DNA of 63,684 bases, the filler included, from Stramenopiles sp. TOSAG23-6 (Eukaryota), in assembly GCA_900128565.1 (NCBI GenBank). It is 8 parts of 8 records of this genome, joined end to end, with 100 filler letters (N's around TTAATTAATTAA, not from the genome) between each part and the next. Parts side by side here need not be neighbours in the genome. Positions count along the whole stretch, not along the records: positions 47,467 to 59,182 come from LT636244.1; positions 59,283 to 60,683 come from LT639111.1; positions 60,784 to 62,184 come from LT639112.1; positions 62,285 to 63,684 come from LT639113.1; 4 more parts are not named here. One strand, written 5' to 3'. Positions 57,621-63,684 of the stretch are shown one piece after another. The translations under genes and the position numbers were made by a program. Under the pieces are notes generated by a model. It saw only the letters and a program-made list of their open reading frames with translations. It made no database searches and had not been told where the DNA came from. Numbering within the stretch: the first letter of the stretch is position 1; each line of letters opens with the position of its first letter.

Positions 57621-59182
57621 TTATAATACAACTTTCTTTTTGGATTCCAGGATAAACATTCCTCCAATCAACAGTATAATCGACGCTCCTGGCGCCACTA
57701 GCACTAGATGAAATGCATCAAGAGCTATGGCAAGCAAGGCCATTAATCCAATGAGGAAAAGCGAAAGTATAACAACGATAAATTGTTCAATTGAAGAAGA
57801 AATTGCTGAGATATCAATTTCACGACCATGATTTTCATCAGAATATCCTACTGTTGTGAGATAGTATGCAAGTGTGTTCAGAAAACTCACATAAGGATGG
57901 CGACCATGATTACTTCCTCCTTCTTCTGCCCATCCAAAGCCTTCCCATACATTTTCACATAGGAAACGAATTGGGGAGAGAAACATATGAATAACATCAG
58001 CACCTGTAAGCAACTCATAGTTTCCTATCTTTAGAGGAGGGGATGATGCATAGGAAGAAGCTAAAATATTATTAACCATAATATTCCCATGAATAGTAGT
58101 TGGCGCATATATACCTCTCTTTTCTACCTGAGAAATACGTGTAATAGTAGATGATGACATGAGACTTTGTCCAGAATGCATGTGCCAAAGAATATCACCA
58201 ACTTCCACAGTTTCTGCCAAGACAGGCTTGCGAGAGCTTATGCTTTCACCAGCAATGACAAAATGGTTACCAGTTAGTTCTAGTATACCCCCACTCTCTG
58301 TTTCTAATCGAAGAAATCTCTCGGTGATTTTCCCATCGCGATCCGCAAAAAGGTAAACTTTGGAGAATTCATTTGGTCCAACAAGAACTTCATCACCAAC
58401 TTGCAAATCTTCCATCAAGATACGCCGAGTTTTGTTTATATCAACCTTAACTTCAACTGTGGCATCGGCAGGAAAGCAAGCATTTGCAGTGGGACAGCAA
58501 GTCCTCGAGACAGAGTTTGGATTTGCACCTTCTTCTTGAGGGCATTTTGCTAGTTCATGTATTATGAAAAATATTCTTTTTTTGTTAGTAAAAAAAAATC
58601 GTTAGGTACAAAATTTGGTACAAAAAAATAAATTTCGAAATTCAATTTTGAAGACGTACGTATTTATAATTACCGTAACTGCCCATTTGAATATCCGTGT
58701 AGCACATACACATTCCATTTGTACAGGATCCCCTTGTTGATTCCGACGGACCACCAGGAGTACAATTAACACCTTTTGGTTCCCCGGTATTTCCTTGAGT
58801 CACAACGTTAGTATATGCCAAATCCTCATCATATCCCATAATTTTGTAGGAATTAGGTGCAAAATAGCATCCATATATCCAATCACCTTCCTCTCCAAGA
58901 CGCCTTCCTCCTTTCCCTCCTCCCTTTGACGTCTTACCTTTTGGTGAATTTTCAGATTTCTTTGATTTCTTTGGTTTCTTTGGTTTTTTAGGTTTTTGTT
59001 TTTTAGGATTTTTGTTTCTCTTTTTCTCTCTGCTCTCCTTTCTACTTTTCTCTTGCGGCGTCGGGTCGAAGCCATTATGAGCAGAATAGAAAACAAAACA
59101 TTTGTTTGACGTATCTAAACATGTAGATGTAGAACATTCCACAAAGTATGAAGCCCCCGTCTTTCCCATTTCCGCTTTGATA
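57621..59182 (-). CDS. Hedgehog-type Hint (Hog) domain protein, 5'-partial; exons 59182-58660, 58556-57621
   Basis: A-CFPADATV..MEDLQVGDEVL..LELTGNH..GIYAPTTIHGNIMVNNILASSYA; HPY sterol-recognition-like region; C-terminal TMs. Confidence 0.88.
58557..58659 (-). mobile_element. Introner-like intron GT..AT (flanks ac/at)
   Basis: aaa tac|gtacgtc...cataatac-at|gaa cta. Confidence 0.85.
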
Positions 59183-59282
59183 NNNNNNNNNNNNNNNNNN
59201 NNNNNNNNNNNNNNNNNNNNNNNNNNTTAATTAATTAANNNNNNNNNNNNNNNNNNNNNNNNNNNNNNNNNNNNNNNNNNNN

Positions 59283-60683
59283 TATAGATTGTACTAATCA
59301 AGACAAATATATTTGATATCATTGTTGTTTATTCATTCGTTTTATACTTGTGATATTGTTGATGTTACTCTGAGTATTTTATAGTTTGTACAAATCAAAA
59401 CAAACATAGATGATATCATTGTTGTTTATTTGTTTTATACTTGTGATATTGTTGATGTTGTTTCGAGTATTTTATACATTGTACGAATCAAGACAATGTT
59501 TTTTGATATAATTGTTGCTTATTTTTCCGTTTTATAATTGTGATATTGTTGATGTTGTTTGCAGTATTTTATATATTGTGCAAATCAAGACAAATATATT
59601 TGTTATCATTGTTGTTTATTCATTTGTTTTATTATTGTGGTATTGTCGATGGTGTTTATGGTATTTTATAGATTCTACTAATCGAGACAAATATATTTGA
59701 TATCATTGTTGTTTATTCATTTGTTTTATACTTGTGATATTGTTGACGTTGTTTGATGTATTTTATAGATTGTACTAATCAAGTCAAATATATTTGATAG
59801 CATTGTTGTTTTTTCATTTGTTTTATAATTGTGATATTGTTGATGTTGTTTTAAGTATTTTATAGATTCTACTAATCAAGACAAATATATTTGATATCAT
59901 TTTTATTTATTCATTTGTTTTATACTTGTGATATTGTTGATGTTGTTTCGAGTATTTTATATATTGTACTAATCAAGACAATTATATTTGATATCTTTGT
60001 TGTTTATTCATTTGTTTTTATAATTATGATATTGTTGATGTTGTTGTTGGTACTATATAGATTATACTTATCATGACGAATATATTTGATATCATTGTTG
60101 TTTATTCATTTGTTTTATACTTTTGATATTGTTGATGTTGTTTTGTGTATTTTATAGATTGTACTAATCAAAACAAATGTTTTTGATATCATTGTTGTTT
60201 ATTCATTTGATTTATACTTGTGATATTGTTGATGTTGTTTGGCGTATTTTACATATTGTGCAAAGCAAGACAAATATATTCGATATCATTTTTGTTTATT
60301 CATTTGATTTATAATTGTGATATTGTTGATGTTGTTTTGCGTATTTTATAGATTGTACGAATCAAGATAAATATTTTTGATATCATTGTTGTTTATTCAT
60401 TTGTTTTATAATTATGATACTGTTGATCTTGTTTTGGGTATTTTATAGATTGTACTTATTTAGACAAATATATTTAATATCATTGCTGTTTATTCATTTG
60501 ATTTATAATTATATTATTGTTGATGTTGTTTCACGTATTTGTTATATTCTAATTATAAAGACAAATATATTTGATATCATTGTTGTTTATTCATTTGTTT
60601 TATAATTGTGTTATTGTTGATATTGTTTGGAGTATTTTATAGATTGTACTAATCAAGACAAATATATTTGATATCATTTTTGT
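59283..60683. repeat. Diverged ~97-bp tandem satellite, about 14 copies, filling a whole contig
   Basis: Unit ~ tatagattgtactaatcaagacaaatatatttgatatcattgttgtttattcatttgttttatacttgtgatattgttgatgttgtt..gagtattt. Confidence 0.9.
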
Positions 60684-60783
60684 NNNNNNNNNNNNNNNNN
60701 NNNNNNNNNNNNNNNNNNNNNNNNNNNTTAATTAATTAANNNNNNNNNNNNNNNNNNNNNNNNNNNNNNNNNNNNNNNNNNNN

Positions 60784-62184
60784 GGGTGACATAATTTCAC
60801 CCCATGGTGTCGAGTTTATGTTTTCTAGATTTTGAGGTAATTCTGAACCTCCTTCCCCATTACCAACAATCATAGAAATCCCATTTCCTAACCAATTTGT
60901 TATTCCTTCAGTTACCGACTTTCGCCTTCGAACAGCAGCAACACCACCTTCAACACCATGTCTAGTTAATCTTTCTTGTAATAGCATGATTGCCATTAGA
61001 AATTCCGGATTATATGGCCCAGTTTCCCGAAGTTGACAGGTTTGTAATTGCTTAATATCAACACCACTATCTCTAATTATTTCAACAATAGATTCCAAAT
61101 ATTTAACTGATTTATTCGTAAATCCCAAATCGGCAAGTATCTCAGCATATTAGATCTAGGTGATACAAAAAGTCGGGGGTTGCCACCCAATTCTTTTCTA
61201 TGATTTCCACCAATTAAGACCATTCGTGCATTTAAATCAGGAATATCAACAGGCCGTCCTGAGATTAAATAACAAATATGTGTAATAAACAAATATGTCA
61301 AATTCAAAATTCATTAGGTATAAAAAAATATAAATTTGGAAAATCTTTTTTGTTTAGGTACAAAATTTCGTACGAAAACCAAAAAAAAAATTGAAATGCG
61401 TAATTCAAACGTACATGAGCGATTTCCACACACATTTCCGACGACCACAAACGGTCCCCAAGATTACACATAACATCATAGTCATCAGCTACAGGATTTG
61501 TCAAAATAGCAGCAATATTTTCCCTCCAATTCTGAAGTATTGCTAGGCCATACATAAAAGGAAAATATTTCAAAAATTTTATTTTTTTTGTTAGGTACAA
61601 AATTTTCATAGTAATTTTTTTTTTTTTTTTTTAATGAAAAAGTACATGAGGCGTGTCGTGAATCATAGATTCCGCATCTCCAGCGAAACGCATATACGTT
61701 GATCGGGCAGGATTTCCTAAATTATATGATGACGCAGCAAACTCTCTTACTACGTTTTGGTATAAGGATTCTCCAGTCACAGATGATATAAGTAAAGCGT
61801 GAGCCCACATTTTTGATTTCATTGCAAGATCGACAGCAGTTTGTCTATCACCCAAAACAAGCAAATTCTCGATTTTTTTCAAGTTCTTTGAACGTTCTGA
61901 GTCACTTATCGTAGTAGTACTATTTTTATTTTCTGAATTCTCTTTAGCTAATTCATGAGTATTCCATGTATTTTGGCAAAATATTTCAAAAGAAAATCGT
62001 TAGGTACAAAATTGTGTACGAAAAAAAAACTCGAATTTGAAAAAAAATAAAACATACGTCCTTCTAAAAGTAAAGCAGCAACATCACTTTCGGGGGAGCC
62101 TTCCAGATTAATTCCAGAATTTTCTGTTTCCGGTGTGTGCAAGAGGCCTTTATGTTTATGAAAAATTCCTAATAATTTCCATAG
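60784..62184 (-). CDS. SEC16: Sec16-like COPII protein, internal fragment; exons ..62058, 61965-61646, 61549-61415, 61277..
   Basis: PESDVAALL; LLVLGDR..A...MWAHALLISS; NWRENIAAILTN; LGDRL; spliced AH|ICYL. Confidence 0.8.
61278..61414 (-). mobile_element. Introner-like intron GT..AT, flanks at/at
   Basis: gct cat|gtacg...attacac-at|att tgt tat; restores AHICYL. Confidence 0.88.
61550..61645 (-). mobile_element. Introner-like intron GT..AT, flanks at/at, degenerate 3' motif
   Basis: cct cat|gtactttt...gtacctaac...ttatgt-at|ggc. Confidence 0.75.
61966..62057 (-). mobile_element. Introner-like intron GT..AT (flanks ac/at)
   Basis: gga c|gtatg...aaaatac-at|gg aat. Confidence 0.85.
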
Positions 62185-62284
62185 NNNNNNNNNNNNNNNN
62201 NNNNNNNNNNNNNNNNNNNNNNNNNNNNTTAATTAATTAANNNNNNNNNNNNNNNNNNNNNNNNNNNNNNNNNNNNNNNNNNNN

Positions 62285-63659
62285 TTGATTTTGAAAATTT
62301 GTTATATTGACAAAATTGTGCATATTTTTCATGTGATTTGGCAAGTTTTATTTGAAATGTAGCTATTTGTAATGTCCATTGATGTTTTTGTATTTGCTGT
62401 TTTTGTTGTATTTCAGTATTTTTTTGTTCATTAGGGTTAGGGTTTACAGGGTTAGGGTCAACAATTATTTTTTTTTTTTGTATTGAAAATAAATTTTGTT
62501 TTTTTTCTTTAGTTGATTTTTTTGTCATACAATCAACATTTTCAAGAGTACAAATAAGCACAGGACTTGATGAATCATTTAAATTCATTGGAATGACAAA
62601 AGCTAAAAAATCAATTTTTAATTCTACAAAAATTCGTTTTGAATGAATCATTGCATCAGCAAAAATATTTCGTGATTCTTGAATTGATTCTATTAATTTA
62701 CGGTTTGTAAGTTTTTTAGGTTTTTCAGGTTTTTTAGGGTAATTATCTGAGTCTGGAATATTGTTTGTAGTGTTGTTGTTTGTATATATTTCACTATTTT
62801 TTATATTTTTTTCAATATTNTTTTCAATATTTTTTTCAATGTTTTCAATTTCAATATTTTTTTCAATTTCTGGAGTTGAAAAAAATAAAAGTAAAAATTC
62901 AATACATCGTTTGTTATACACAAATAAAATAGGAGAAATTTGAAATTGAACATTCATATCTAATANATCATCTGGAGGATTTTTATGAATGAAAATACGA
63001 GCTATACATTTTCTATTTGTACCTTTTTCGTGTTTTTCATGTTTTTCGTGTTTTTCATGTTTTTGATATTTTGGTTTAATTATATATTTAAATTCATTGT
63101 TTGAATTATTTCCATTATTTTCACTATAATNATCATTAATATTGTCACAAACCTGTAATGAATCCAAAAGTAGTTCAATAGTATTTGACATAATCATTTT
63201 TTTATAATGATATGATCCTTCAAACATAATCATCAAAGACGATTTTTTATCAAATTTTTCATTTTTAGCAAAATCATCAAAACTTTTCGTACGAAATGTT
63301 GTACCTAACGATTTATCAAAAAAATGTTCAGTCACTAGTGATATTCTACAACATTTTAGATGTAACTGAATATCAGTCATAATATAATCTATAGGTACCT
63401 GATAAGTATTGATATTCACAGCATCTTGTGAGCTTAATGTAGTGATATCCATACCCAATTTTTGACTTAAAGAAAAAATATCTACTTCAAAATCATCATC
63501 AATTCCATGTATTTTAGAAAAATATTTCAAAAAAATTCTAAAAAATTTGTTAGGTACAACATTTANTATNAAAAAAAAATTCGATTTTTTTGCNAAAAAA
63601 ANAATAAAACATACATTCTCCCCAATGGCCCAATTGTACCAACCTGCCCAAGAATAATC
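62285..63659 (-). CDS. VPS13-like protein, internal fragment; exons 63659-63615, 63506-62285
   Basis: SWAGWYNWAIG; PIDYI...LHLKCCRISL; ISPILFVYN..IEFLLLFF; FVIP....SPVLICTL. Confidence 0.6.
63238..63335 (+). mobile_element. Degenerate introner copy antisense to, and read through by, the VPS13-like ORF
   Basis: ttttcgtacgaaatgttgtacctaacg core on + strand inside the minus-strand ORF. Confidence 0.65.
63507..63614 (-). mobile_element. Introner-like intron GT..AT, flanks at/at
   Basis: gag aat|gtatg...aaaatac-at|gga att. Confidence 0.85.
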
Positions 63660-63684
63660 CTATATTGTGAAGGGAAAAAAAAAA
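63660..63684 (-). mobile_element. Introner-like intron, 3' end only (ends AG)
   Basis: ...cttcacaatat-ag|gat tat. Confidence 0.6.

Noticed and set aside
232-63614. Reading the inserts as U12-type AT-AC introns by sliding the boundary two bases
   Set aside because: Works only for at/at copies. There is no RTATCCTTT donor, the branch motif is CTAAC-type and lies roughly 30-50 nt or more from the end, and tt, gt and aa copies would start TT, GT or AA. The exact register still needs cDNA from mismatched copies.

Overview
AT-rich, gene-dense eukaryotic (protist-like, possibly stramenopile; lineage is inference) DNA made of about 9 contigs joined mostly by artificial N-TTAATTAATTAA-N linkers, so adjacency across gaps is not synteny. 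It holds about 30 protein genes: CCDC148-like, TMEM104-like, Dpy-30, PP2C, aldo-keto reductase, PP2A A subunit, WNK kinase, Atg22-like MFS, VMA21-like, sterol desaturase family, IQ/WW/B-box protein, AlkB-like, NPL4, SGPL1 fragment, ST13/Hip, two-pore channel, SmG, Hint-domain protein, Sec16, VPS13-like and several secreted orphans. The main signal is a family of about 50 related ~80-190 nt inserts (41 complete copies with both boundaries called): NN|GTAYGTTTT...GTACGAAATTTYGTAC-CTAAC...ATATTTTTCACAATAC-NN|. Their removal restores conserved reading frames. They are flanked by a 2-bp duplication and mostly lack the 3' AG (by hand count the 41 end in AT 28, TT 6, AG 4, GT/AA/AC 1 each). They look like a transposon-derived introner family with non-canonical acceptors. 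Special cases include back-to-back copies, AT-starting copies and one antisense exonized copy. A second signal is many short (TTAGGG)2-3 inserts, three of them sandwiched between local direct duplications. Splicing is inferred from frame restoration only; no RNA evidence is available.
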